Below are positions 23,261-34,008 of a DNA stretch of 64,000 nt, in pieces (within the stretch, counting starts at the first letter, position 1; each line of letters opens with the position of its first letter). The translations under genes and the position numbers were made by a program. The notes beneath the pieces are model-generated. The model searched no databases. It had not been told where the DNA came from and saw only the letters and a list, made by a program, of their open reading frames with translations. Source of the DNA: Malacoraja senta (lineage: Eukaryota); assembly GCA_038087875.1 (NCBI GenBank), contig CM075989.1, positions 2,666,001 through 2,730,000 on the forward strand, in the 5' to 3' direction.

Positions 23261-24009
23261 TAACATGGAAGGCTTTATCATTATGACCAACTCGGAAGAT
23301 GAAGGAGTAATGGGAGCACCACAAGTGAATGCCACCTTGGTGAAACAGCAGCAAAGGACCACACACTTGCAAGAACAATGTACAATGGGCAGGGCTGTGT
23401 AACCTCATGAGTAATGTTTCAGATCAAAGCTCTGCATCCAAATAGCCCTTCAGATCCCCTTTAACCCTTTTACTCCAGTTTCTGGGGGAGAGGTTCTTAC
23501 TACCTCTCCTGGGTCAATCGCCTAAACACAAAGGCAACACTGCAGGATTTCCCCAGGACTGTGCATCCCTGACTTCAGAGAGACACAAGAGATTGCAGAT
23601 GCTGGAATCTTGAACAAAACACAAAGTGGTGGTGGAACTCAACGGGTCAGACAGCATCTGCAGTGGGAATGAACAGAAGACGTTTTGGGTCGGGAACCTT
23701 CAAAAACTCTTCAATTCCGAACTTCATGTTGATTTAAAGGACAGTTACAGAACAGGACAAGCTTGATTAATATTTCATTGGTAAGCAATTAGTTTAAACT
23801 TCAGTAATGCAAGTTCATTGCAGGTAGTTGAATTAATGACATTCCATGCTGTCTCACTATTTTTCTAATACTGTGTGCACAGCAGCACTCAAACCGCACG
23901 GCAGAACATGGAGAATAATCGCTTCAAGCTCGGAGAAAGGACTCATCTTAAAGTCACACCAACGGCGTTAGATGGTGACTTTTAATGACCCTGAACAAAC
24001 ATGGTCTAA

Positions 24010-24730
24010 AAATACTAATCATGACACTAAGGTGGATGGCATCGTAGACAGTGAAGATGGTTATCAAAAATTACAGCTGGTTCTTGATCTGCTGGGCAAA
24101 TGGGCGGAGGAATGGCTAATGGAGTTTAATGCCTCAGATGAGAGCGAGGTTTGGCATTTTGGGAAGTCAAACAAGGTAGGACCTTCACAGTGAATGGCAG
24201 GGCCCTGGGGGAGTGTTGCAGAGCAGAGGGATGTAGGAGTACAAGTGCAGAGTTTTCTGAGGTGGTGTCAGAGGTAAATAGGATGATATAGGCATTTGGT
24301 ACATTGGTCCTTCTGTCCAGGTATTTAGAAGTTGGGATGCTTTATTCCAGTGGACAAGTTGTTGATGAGGCCACATTTGGAGTATTGTGTTCAGTTTCAG
24401 TCCCTCTGCTACTGTTCAGCTGGAAAAAGTGCAGAGATGATTTACGAGGATGCTGCCAGGACTGAACAATGGGGAAGGCCTGAGCTACAGGGAGAGGTTG
24501 GACATGATAGGACTTTATTCCATGGAGTGCAGGAGGATGAAGGATGATCTTATAGAGGTGCATAAAATCATGAGGCTAATAGGTAGGGTGAATACACAAA
24601 GTCTTTGACCCAGGGTAGGGAAATCAAGAACCAGAGGAGATAAGTTTAAAGGGAGAGGGCAGGATTTAATAGGCACCTGACGGGGCAAGCTTTTCATTCA
24701 GATGGTAGTGAGTATGTGGAATGAACTTCC
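24010..24730 (+). mobile_element. Degenerate CR1 ORF2 3' fragment
   Basis: DTKVDGIVDSEDGYQKLQ...KWAEEWLMEFN and RPHLEYCVQF, with frameshifts. Confidence 0.8.
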
Positions 24731-24804
24731 TTCTTCAGGCTGATTGTGATCAAGGGAGGAAAGCTGGAAGAGAGGAGGAACAGGACAAAGCCCCACCATA
24801 ATCA

Positions 24805-25112
24805 GGTTAGTTTAGTTTAGAGATACAGCGCATAAACAGGCCCTTCGGCCCACCGAGTCCGCACCGACCAGCGATCCCCGCACACTAACACTATCCTACA
24901 CACACTAGGGACAATTTACAATTATACCAAAGCCAATTAGCCAACAAACCTGTATGTCTTTGGAGTGTGGGAGGAAACCAGAGCACCCAGAGAAAACCCA
25001 CACAGGTCACGGGGAGAACGAACAAAATACGTACAGACAGCACCCATAGTCAGGATCGAACCTGGGTCTCTGGCGCTGTGAGGCAGCAACTCTTCTGCTG
25101 CACCACCGTGCC
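24805..25112 (-). mobile_element. Full-length tRNA-derived SINE (HE1/V-SINE-like)
   Basis: Reverse-complement match. Confidence 0.85.
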
Positions 25113-26043
25113 ACCTGCTTGAAGAAGGGTCCCAACCCAAAACGTTACCTATCCATGCTCACCGGAGAAGCGAAGTTACTCCCGTACTTTGTGTCCTTTT
25201 TCGTAAACCAGAATCTGCAGTTTCTTGTGTCTGTGATTCAGAGCAGGAGATGGCTGGGGCTCCTGAGAAGACCCCTGTATCCCGGGGGTGGGGGGGGGGG
25301 GGGGGACAGCCTGGGTGCAGTACACCTCCTCCCCCCTCCCCTCACAGCGACCAGAGGCTGCAGCAGTGAGGCCGAGAAATGGGGCGAGGAGCGTGTGAGC
25401 TGAGAGCTGTCTGTGATGAATGAAGAGGCAACGTCGGACAGAAAGTAATCACCGCTGTCAGCAGTCATTAAATTTTCAGCATGGCGCCAGAACTTATGGC
25501 TTGTGATAATAGCAGCCGGGTGGTTAATGTACAGTATTTACAACATTACTCGTTTTATTGAAGCTATTTAGGCTGGTAGATACCTCCATTTACAACAACT
25601 GATCACAGACATGTCACATTAAGCCTTTACCCGCCACCCTTGCTGTTGGACGTCAACCTGTTTCAGCCCTCATGGAGTGTAGTGTCATACAGCACGGAAA
25701 CAGGCCCTTCAGCCCATCTTGCCCATGACAACCAAGCTGCCCCACCTACACTAGTCCCAACTGCCTGCGTTTGGCGAATAACCCTCTAAACCTTTCCAAT
25801 CCATTAAACATTGCGATAGTCCCTGCCTCAACTACCTCCTCTGGCAGCTCGTTCCATAGACCCACCACCCTCTGTGTGGAAATAGTTGCCCCTCAGGCTC
25901 CTATTAAATCTTCCACCTTCAACAAATGCCCCCTCGTTCTAGATTCCCCTTCGCTGGGGAAAAAGCCCCGTACATCCACCCTATCTATTCCCCCATGATT
26001 TTATACACCTCGATAAGATCATCCCACATCCTCCTGCGCTCCT

Positions 26044-26958
26044 AATCATAGAGTCATAGAGTGATACAGTGTGGAAACAGGCCCTTCAACCCAACTTGCC
26101 CACACCAGCCAACAATGTCCCAGCTACACTAGTTCCACTTGCCTGTGCTTGGTCCATATCCTTCCAAACCTGTCCTATCCATGTACCTGTCTAACTGTTT
26201 CTTAAACGATGGGATAGTCCCAGCCTCATCTATCTCCTCTGGCAGCTTGTTCCATACACTCACCACCCTTTGTGTGAAAAAGTTACCCCTCGGAATCCTA
26301 TGAAATCTTTTCCCTTTCACCTTGAATCTATGTTCTCCGGTCCTCGATTCCCCTACTGGGCAGAAGATTCTGTGCATCTTCCCCATCTATTCCTCTCATA
26401 ATTTTCTACACCTCTATAAGATCTCCCCTTATCCTCCAGCGCTCCATGGAATAGAGACCCAGCCTACTCAACCTCTCCCTATAGCTCACACCCTCTAGTC
26501 CTGACAACATCCTCGTAAAAAAATGTCAGAACCCTTTCAAGCTTGACAATATCTTTCCTATAACATGGTGCCCAGAACTGAACACAATATTCTAAATGCG
26601 CTCACCAATGTCTTATACAACTGCAACATGACCTCCCAAAATCTATACTCAAAATTCTGACTGATGAAGGCCAATGTGCCAAAAGCCTTTTTGACCACCT
26701 TATCTACCTGCGACTCAACCTTCAAGGAACCATGCACCTGTACTCCTAGATCCCTCTGCTCTACAACGCTACCCAGCCTACCATTTACTGTGTAGATTCT
26801 GCCCTTGTTCAATGTCCAAAAATGCAACACCTCACACTTCTCTGTATTAAATTCCATCAACCATTCCTCCTCTCACCTGGCCAATCGATCCAGATCCTGC
26901 TGCGATTTTTCACAACCATCTTCACTATCTGTAAAACCGCTCACCTTTGTATCATCAA
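26044..26958 (-). mobile_element. CR1 3' fragment nested in another CR1 fragment (25671-27050)
   Basis: MEFNTEKCEVLHF...QRDLGVQVHGSLKV and FFTQRVVSVWNKLPEE; (actctatg)n tail; the outer CR1 resumes at 26959. Confidence 0.85.
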
Positions 26959-27257
26959 TAAAGTCCTAGCCTGCTCAACCTCTCACTATAGCTCAGGGCC
27001 TCAAGTCCTCGCGACATCCTCGTGAATCTTGTCTGCACCCTCTCCAGCTCCTTGAGCGCTGTTTATCTTGAGGAGTGTTGGGTGTTACAACAGCTGGTGA
27101 CAGTGGGAGGGTGGGTTCCAACCCAGTGACAAGTGGCCAGGCAGTGCAGACAACTCCTCATGACCGGGGCTGGGGAAGGGCCTGGAAACCGAGCACACCA
27201 GAGACTACAGGTACCACAATCCCATAGGTACGTGTAGGCCAAGGTGAACTACCTCCA

Positions 27258-28132
27258 GTCTGAAGAAGGGTCTGGACCCGAAACATCACCCATTCCTTCT
27301 CTCCAGAGATGGCGCCTGTCCCGCTGAGTTACACCAGCATTTTGTGGCTCTCCACCTCCATAACTTCTTGGTTCACTCATCCCTTCCCACCCGAACTACC
27401 CCCTCCCCAGGTACTTTCCCCAGCAACCGCAGGAGATACAACACCTGCCCTATGCCTCCTTGCTCGACTCCATCCAGGGACTCCAACAGCCATTTCACGT
27501 CAGGCAGAGGTTCATTTGCACCATCTACCGTATCTGTTCTCAGTGTGGACTCCGATATATCGGCGAGACCAAGCGCAGACTGGGCGATCGTTTGGCTGAA
27601 CAACTATGCTCAGTCCTCCTTGGCCGACGCGATCTCCTGGTTGCCAAACATTTGAACTCCCCTTCCCATTCCCACACTGACCTTCCTGTCCTGGGCCTCC
27701 TCCACTGTCAGAGTGAGGCCAAACGCAAATTGGAGGAACAGCACCTCATATTTTGCTTGGGCAGCTTACAACCCAGCAGTAAGAATATTGATTCCTCTAA
27801 GTTCAAGTAACCCTTGCATTCCCTCTCTCTCCATGTCTTGCCCACCCTAGTCATCCTGCCAGTTCCACTGTTCATACACCTTCGTTGTCTGCTCTTCCAC
27901 CACCAACAATGGACCATTGTGGGCTCCACCTTTCCAGGGTCGTCAGTGCGGGTTCTGATTTGTTCTGTACTTTTTCATACCTCTAATCTCCCTATCCCCT
28001 GACTCTCAGTCTAAAGATTGGCCTCGACCCGAAACGTCGCCTATTCCATTTCTCCAGGCTGACCCGCTGAGTTACTCCAGCGTTTTGTGTCTATCTTTGG
28101 TGTAAACCAGCATCTGCAGTTCCTTCCTACAC
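27258..28132 (+). mobile_element. Penelope-like element remnant: partial pseudo-LTR, GIY-YIG endonuclease region, pseudo-LTR
   Basis: ORF 27460-27810 has IYRICSQCGLRYIGETKRRLGDRLAE...RKLEEQHLIFCLGSLQP; hammerhead-like segments at ~27260 and ~28010. Confidence 0.85.
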
Positions 28133-28703
28133 GTCATGTTTCTGTTTCAGGTTTCCGGCATCTGCAATGTTTTGCTTTTCTAGTTCAGTCTAGAGAAACG
28201 CATTGGCTTTCTGCTGCACAATTCTTCCTTTCAATATTCTGACAACTCGAAACTTGTTTGTGAGAAAGCCAGCAGCGGGTAGTGTGACGATGAGTCAAAG
28301 TGGGGTCACAGGTCTCCCGCAGTGAAAAGACTTTTGTGTTGCAAAATATAAATAACTGATAGGCAGGAAAATTAACCTTGTGGCATTTATTGTTAAAGAT
28401 TCTCTAGCTTTCTGTAATTCAGTTCAACAACCATTAGTAGTGCAGGGCAAACGGTTAATTGAGGTTAATTGAGCAACGCTGCACAAGTGAGACAAGGGGC
28501 AAACACCAACAATACCAGGAGATTGTTTGTGGAAGCAAAATAATGCTGTTTTATTAATTAAATGAAGCCATTCCTTAGAAAATGATTGGAATAAAATGAA
28601 AAGCCTGAAATTATTGAAGCTCAACAAATATTTTCCCAATGTTTGATTTTTGCTCTTAATTATGTATTAGCCAATCCTATGAAAGTTCTGGAAAGTTCTG
28701 AAG

Positions 28704-29232
28704 GGGCGTCACGGTGGCGCAGCGGTAGAGTTGCTGCCCAAAGGGCCTGTCCCACTTTCACGACCTAATTCACAACCTTTTTTACTCGTGGACATTTTTC
28801 ATCATGTTGAAAAAACGCCCCGACCTACTTGATGCCACGAGTACCTACGACTAGCATCACGACCTACCTACGACCTCGAGACGACCACGCTGCGAGTATG
28901 AGTCAAGGGCAAACTCGGCAGAGGTTGTGAATCAGGTCGTGAAAGTGGGACAGGCCCTTTACAGCGTCAGAGACCCAGGTTCAATCCTGATTACGGGTGC
29001 TCTCTGTACGGAGTTTGCACGTCTTCCCCGTGACCTGCGTGGGTTTTCCCCGGGTGCTCCTGTCTCCCCCCACATTCCAAAGATGTACAGGTTTGTAGGT
29101 TAATTTGGCTTCGATAAAAATTGTAAATTGTCCCTAGTGTGTGTAAGGTAGTGTTAGTGTACGGGGATCGCTGGTCGGCACGGACTTGGTGGGCCGAAGG
29201 GCCTGTTTCCGCGCTGTATCTCTAAACTAAAC
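28704..29232 (+). mobile_element. tRNA-derived SINE interrupted by a Harbinger MITE
   Basis: Head to ...gttgctgcc, then MITE, then ttacagcgtcagagacc... through to the tail. Confidence 0.85.
28742..28958. mobile_element. PIF/Harbinger-type MITE (217 bp)
   Basis: TIR agggcctgtcccactttcacgacct; right flank TTA, left flank CAA (imperfect TSD). Confidence 0.85.
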
Positions 29233-30172
29233 AATAAACAAATCACAAAACATTATTTCAATTAATTGATCTGCACCAAATTTAGTTTATCAACATGTTT
29301 TCACCAGTGTAGCTATGTTTTCAAGCCCCCTTTATCTAATGATTGTGCCACGATTGTTAATGCCTTTGAAGTGAGACAGCATCAATGCTGATATCTAGCG
29401 TGCCAATTTCTCACTGAATCTCCACCCCTCCATGTTGAACATTGCCACATCAACTTCCCATTCTGCTTTCATCTGCTTGCCTAATAAACACTCCTTTTGT
29501 GCTCAGAAAACGGCCTGAAAACAGATCTAGAAAGGGTCTGAAAGAAATTAGTTTCAGTGAAGAAAAACTGTATTGAGAAAAATTTACCGGACAGAAAGTG
29601 GATAAGGCTCCCTGACCAGACGAAGGTAAAGCTTTGTTAGAGCTGGATAGGAAGATAATAACTGTGCAAACCATAACATCAGCTGCGGTGCAGACAAAAG
29701 AGTCTCGTATAAAAGGAAGTGGTAGATGGAAAATAACTAGAGGTCTGAACAGAATCAACGTGAAAGGAATTTGATGTTGGACATATGTGTGAAAGCTTTT
29801 AAAAACAGCTAGGATGGAGACCAGTGGAGGTGATGCATTGTGACCTTCAGAAGGACACACAAGCGACAAAATAAAATTGGAACTCATGTGATTGGGGATA
29901 ATGTTGACCCTCTGTGGGCCTTCTAGAGGGAGGGTGGTCTTTGAACTGTCCCTCTCACTGGAGAAGGGTCTCGACCCGAAACGTCATCTATTCCTTTACT
30001 CCAGAGATGCTGCCTGACCCGCTGAGTTACTCCAGCCTTTTATGTCTATCTTCGGTTTAAACCAGCATCTGCAGTTCCTTCCTACACTACTCAGTACTCA
30101 TTGCTCTGACTCTGCCCTGTGTGCTCAGCGATACTGCATGGAAACAGGCCCTCCGTCCCACTGAGTCCACGT

Positions 30173-30256
30173 TCCAGGGTAAGGCTTTGTATTATATCCA
30201 GGGTAAGGCTTTATATTGCATCCAGGGTAAGGCTTGGTATTGTATCCAGGGTAAGG
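30173..30256 (+). repeat. 24-bp tandem repeat (3.5 units) at the CR1 5' end
   Basis: tccagggtaaggctt..tatt..a at 30173, 30197 and 30221, partial at 30245. Confidence 0.9.
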
Positions 30257-30263
30257 GGGGAGA

Positions 30264-31199
30264 ATGAGGGCCAGGGCAGTTTACTGTTCTGGATGTCAGA
30301 TGTGGGAGGTCATGGAGTCTGATAGCCCTCCAGACGTCCACATCTGTGTCAGGTGCGTAGAGATGGGGTTCCTAAGGGACCGTGTTAGGAACCTGGAGCA
30401 GCAGCTCGATGACCTCTGTCTGATCAGGGAGAGTGAGGAGGTCATAGAAAAGAGTTATAGGGAGGTGGCCACTCCAAGACCACAGGAGGCAGACAAGTGG
30501 GTCACGGTTAGGAAGGGCAAGGGGCAGAGGCAGGGACTAGTGAGTACCCCGGTGGCTGTACACCTTGAAAATAAGTACTCCTGTTTGAGTACTGTTGGGG
30601 GGGACAGCCTTCCTGGGGGTAGCGACAGCGGCCGGGCCTCCGGCACAGAGACCGGCCCTGTTGCTCAGAAGGGTAGGGAAAAGAAGAGGAGGGCAATAGT
30701 AATAGGGGACTCTATGGTTAGGGGGTCGGATAGGCGATTCTGTGGACGCAGTCGGGAGACCCGGATGGTAGTTTGCCTCCCTGGTGCCAGGGTCAGGGAT
30801 GTGTCTGAACGCGTCCAAGATATCCTGAAATCGGAGAGAGAGGAACCTGAGGTTGTGGTACATATAGGTACCAATGACATAGGCAGAAAAAGAGAAGAGG
30901 TCCTGAAAGGAGAATTTAGGGAGTTGGGAGAAGAGTTAAGGAGAAGGACCGCAAAGGTAACAATCTCAGGATTACTACCTGTGCCACGCGACAGTGAGAG
31001 TAGGAATGAAATGAGGTGGAGGATAAATGCGTGGCTGAGGAACTGGTGCAGCGGGCAGGGATTCAAATTTCTGGATCATTGGGACCTCTTTTCGGGAAGG
31101 AGTGACCTGTACAGAAAGGACAGGTTGCACTTGAACCCGAGGGGAACCAATATCCTGGCGGGGAGATTTGCAAAGGCTACTGGGGAGACTTTAAACTAG
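30264..31199 (+). CDS. CR1 ORF1p: N-terminal zinc finger, coiled coil, SGNH/GDSL esterase
   Basis: Open 311-aa ORF; CSGC...CVRC; LRDRVRNLEQQLDDL; IVIGDSMVR, VHIGTNDIG, DRLHLNPRG. Confidence 0.9.
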   Translation: MRARAVYCSGCQMWEVMESDSPPDVHICVRCVEMGFLRDRVRNLEQQLDDLCLIRESEEVIEKSYREVATPRPQEADKWVTVRKGKGQRQGLVSTPVAVHLENKYSCLSTVGGDSLPGGSDSGRASGTETGPVAQKGREKKRRAIVIGDSMVRGSDRRFCGRSRETRMVVCLPGARVRDVSERVQDILKSEREEPEVVVHIGTNDIGRKREEVLKGEFRELGEELRRRTAKVTISGLLPVPRDSESRNEMRWRINAWLRNWCSGQGFKFLDHWDLFSGRSDLYRKDRLHLNPRGTNILAGRFAKATGETLN

Positions 31200-31339
31200 A
31201 ACGGTTGAGGGGAGGGACTCAAATAGAGAAAGATAGTAGAAACTGTGGGAGGCAGGAGGAAGAGAAGGGAAGCACTCGGACCCAAAATGTAGGGGAGAAA
31301 GAAGAAAAAGTTAATAAACAGAGAATAAGTGGTGGTGGG

Positions 31340-34008
31340 TTTCTTAAATGTGTATATTTTAATGCTAGGAGCATTGTAAGAAAGGTGGATGAGCTTAGAG
31401 CCTGGATTGACACCTGGAAGTATGATGTTGTGGCGATCAGTGAAACATGGTTGTAGGAGGGCTGTGATTGGAAACTAAATATTCCAGGATTTCGTTGCTT
31501 CAGGGGTGATAGAATTGGAGGGGCAAGAGGTGGGGGTGTTGCATTGCTTGTCAAGGAAGGTATTACAGCAGTGCTTTGGCAGGATAGATTAGAGGGCTCG
31601 TCTAGGGAGGCTATTTGGGTGGAGCTGAGAAATGGGAAAGGTGTAGCAACACTTATAGGGGTGTATTATAGACCGCCAAATGGGGAGCGAGAATTGGAAG
31701 AGCAAATATGTAAGGAGATAGCAGATATTAGTAGTAAGCACAAGGTAGTGATTGTGGGAGATTTCAATTTTCCACACATAGACTGGGAAAAACATTCTGT
31801 AAAAAGGCTGGATGGTTTGGAGTTTGTAAAATGTGTGCAGGATAGTTTTTGCAGCAATACATAGAGGTACCTACTAGAGAAGGGGCAGTGCTGGACCTCC
31901 TGTTAGGAAATGAGACAGGGCAGGTGGCGGAGGTAAGCGTCGGGGAGCACTTCGGGTCCAGTGATCACAATACCATTAGTATCAATATAATTATGGAGAG
32001 GGTCAGAACTGGACCTAGGGTTGAGATTTTTGATTGGAGAAAGGCTAACTTTGAGGAGATGCGAAAGGATTTAAAAGGAGTGAATTGGGACATGTTGTTT
32101 TATGGGAAGGATGTAGAAGAGAAATGGAGGACATTTAAAGGTGAAATTTTAAGAGTACAGAATCTTTATGTCCCTGTTCGGTTGAAAGGAAATAGTAAAA
32201 ATTGGAAAGAGCCATGGTTTTCAAGGGAAATTGGACACTTGGTTCGGAAAAAGAGAGAGATCTACAATAATTATAGGCAGCATGGATTAAATGAGGTGCT
32301 TGAGGAGTATAAAGAATGTAAAAAGAATATTAAGAAAGAAATTAGAAAAGCTAAAAGAAGATATGAGGTTGCTTTGGCAAGTAAGGTGAAAGTAAATCCA
32401 AAGGGTTTCTACAGCTATATTAATAGCAAAAGGATAACAAGGAATAAAATTGGTCCATTAGAGAGTCAGAGTGGACAGCTATCTGCAGAGCCAAAAGAGA
32501 TGGGGGAGATATTGAACAATTTCTTTTCTTCGGTATTCACGAAGGAGAAGGATATGGAATTAGGTGAGGTAAGGGAAACAAGCAGAGTAGCAATGGAAAC
32601 TATGAGATTCAAAGAAGAGGAGGAGCGGACACTTTTGAAAAATATGAAAACGGATAAGTCTCCAGGTCCTGACAGGATATTCCCGAGGACATTGAGGGAA
32701 GTTAGTGTAGAAATAGCAGGGGCTATGACAGAAATATTTCAAATGTCATTGGAAACGGGAATAGTGCCGGAGGATTGGCGTACTGTGCATGTTGTTCCGT
32801 TGTTTAAAAAGGGTTCTAAGAGTAAACCTAGCAATTATAGACCTGTTAGTTTGACGTCAGTGGTGGGCAAATTAATAGAAAGGATACTTAAAGATAATAT
32901 ATATAAGCATCTGGATAAGCAGGGTCTGATTAGGAACAGTCAACATGGATTTGTGCCTGGAAGGTCATGTTTGACTAATCTTCTAGAATTTTTCGAAGAG
33001 GTTACTAGGGAAATTGATGAGGGTAAAGCAGTGGATGTTGTCTATATGGACTTCAGTAAGGCCTTTGACAAGATTCCTCATGGAAGGTTGGTTAAGAAGA
33101 TTAAATTGTTGGGTATTAATGGTGGAGTAGCAAGATGGATTCAACAGTGGCTGAATGGGAGATGCCAGAGAGTAATGGTGGATGGTTGTTTGTCAGGTTG
33201 GAGGCCGGTGACTAGTGGGGTGCCTCAGGGGTCTGTGTTGGGTCCACTGTTGTTTGTCATGTACATCAATGATCTGGATGATGGTGTGGAAAATTGGATT
33301 AGTAAGTATGCAGATGATACTAAGATAGGTGGTGTGGTGGATGAAGTAGATTTTCAAAGTCTACAGAGAGATTTAGGCCATTTGGAAGAGTGGGCTGAAA
33401 GATGGCAGATGGAGTTTAATGCTGATAAATGTGAGGTACTACATCTCGGCAGGACAAATCAAAATAGGACGTACATGGTAAACGGTAGAGAATTGAGGAA
33501 TGCAGTTGAACAGAGGGATCTAGGAATAACTGTGCATAGTTCCCTGAAGGTGGAATCTCATGTAGATAGGGTGGTAAAGAAAGCTTTTGGTGTGCTGGCC
33601 TTTATAAATCAGAGCATTGAATATAGAAGTTGGGATGTAATGTTAAAATTGTACAAGGCATTGGTGAGGCCAATTCTGGAGTATGGAGTACAATTTTGGT
33701 CGCCTAATTATAGGAAGGATTTCAACAAAATAGAGAGAGTACAGAGGAGATTTACTAGAATGTTGCCTGGGTTTCAACAACTAAGTTACAGAGAAAGGTT
33801 GAACAAGTTAGGTCTTTATTCTTTGGAGCGCAGAAGGTTAAGAGGGGACTTGATAGAGGTCTTTAAAATTATGAGCGGGTTAGACAGAGTTGACGTGGAT
33901 AAGCTTTTTCCATTGAGAGTAGGGAAGATTCAAACAAGGGGACATGACTTGAGAATTAAGGGACAGAAGTTTAGGGGTAACATTAGGGGGAACTTCTGTG
34001 TGGAATGA
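31340..34008 (+). pseudogene. CR1 ORF2 (AP endonuclease plus reverse transcriptase), disrupted
   Basis: YFNARS, AISETWL, GDFN, LDLLL, SDH; RT motifs NYRPVSL, DFSKAFD, GVPQGSVLGP, YADD (33307-33318). Premature TAG at 31454-31456, frameshift near 31848, deletion near 33997. Confidence 0.93.

Noticed and set aside
29450..29887. 145-aa minus-strand ORF
   Set aside because: The opposite strand resembles a decayed CR1 ORF2 segment, and the ORF has no recognisable features.
30173..30256. CRISPR-like array (also 20903-21004 and 10492-10559)
   Set aside because: Contiguous tandem repeats with no unique spacers and no cas genes, in eukaryotic DNA.
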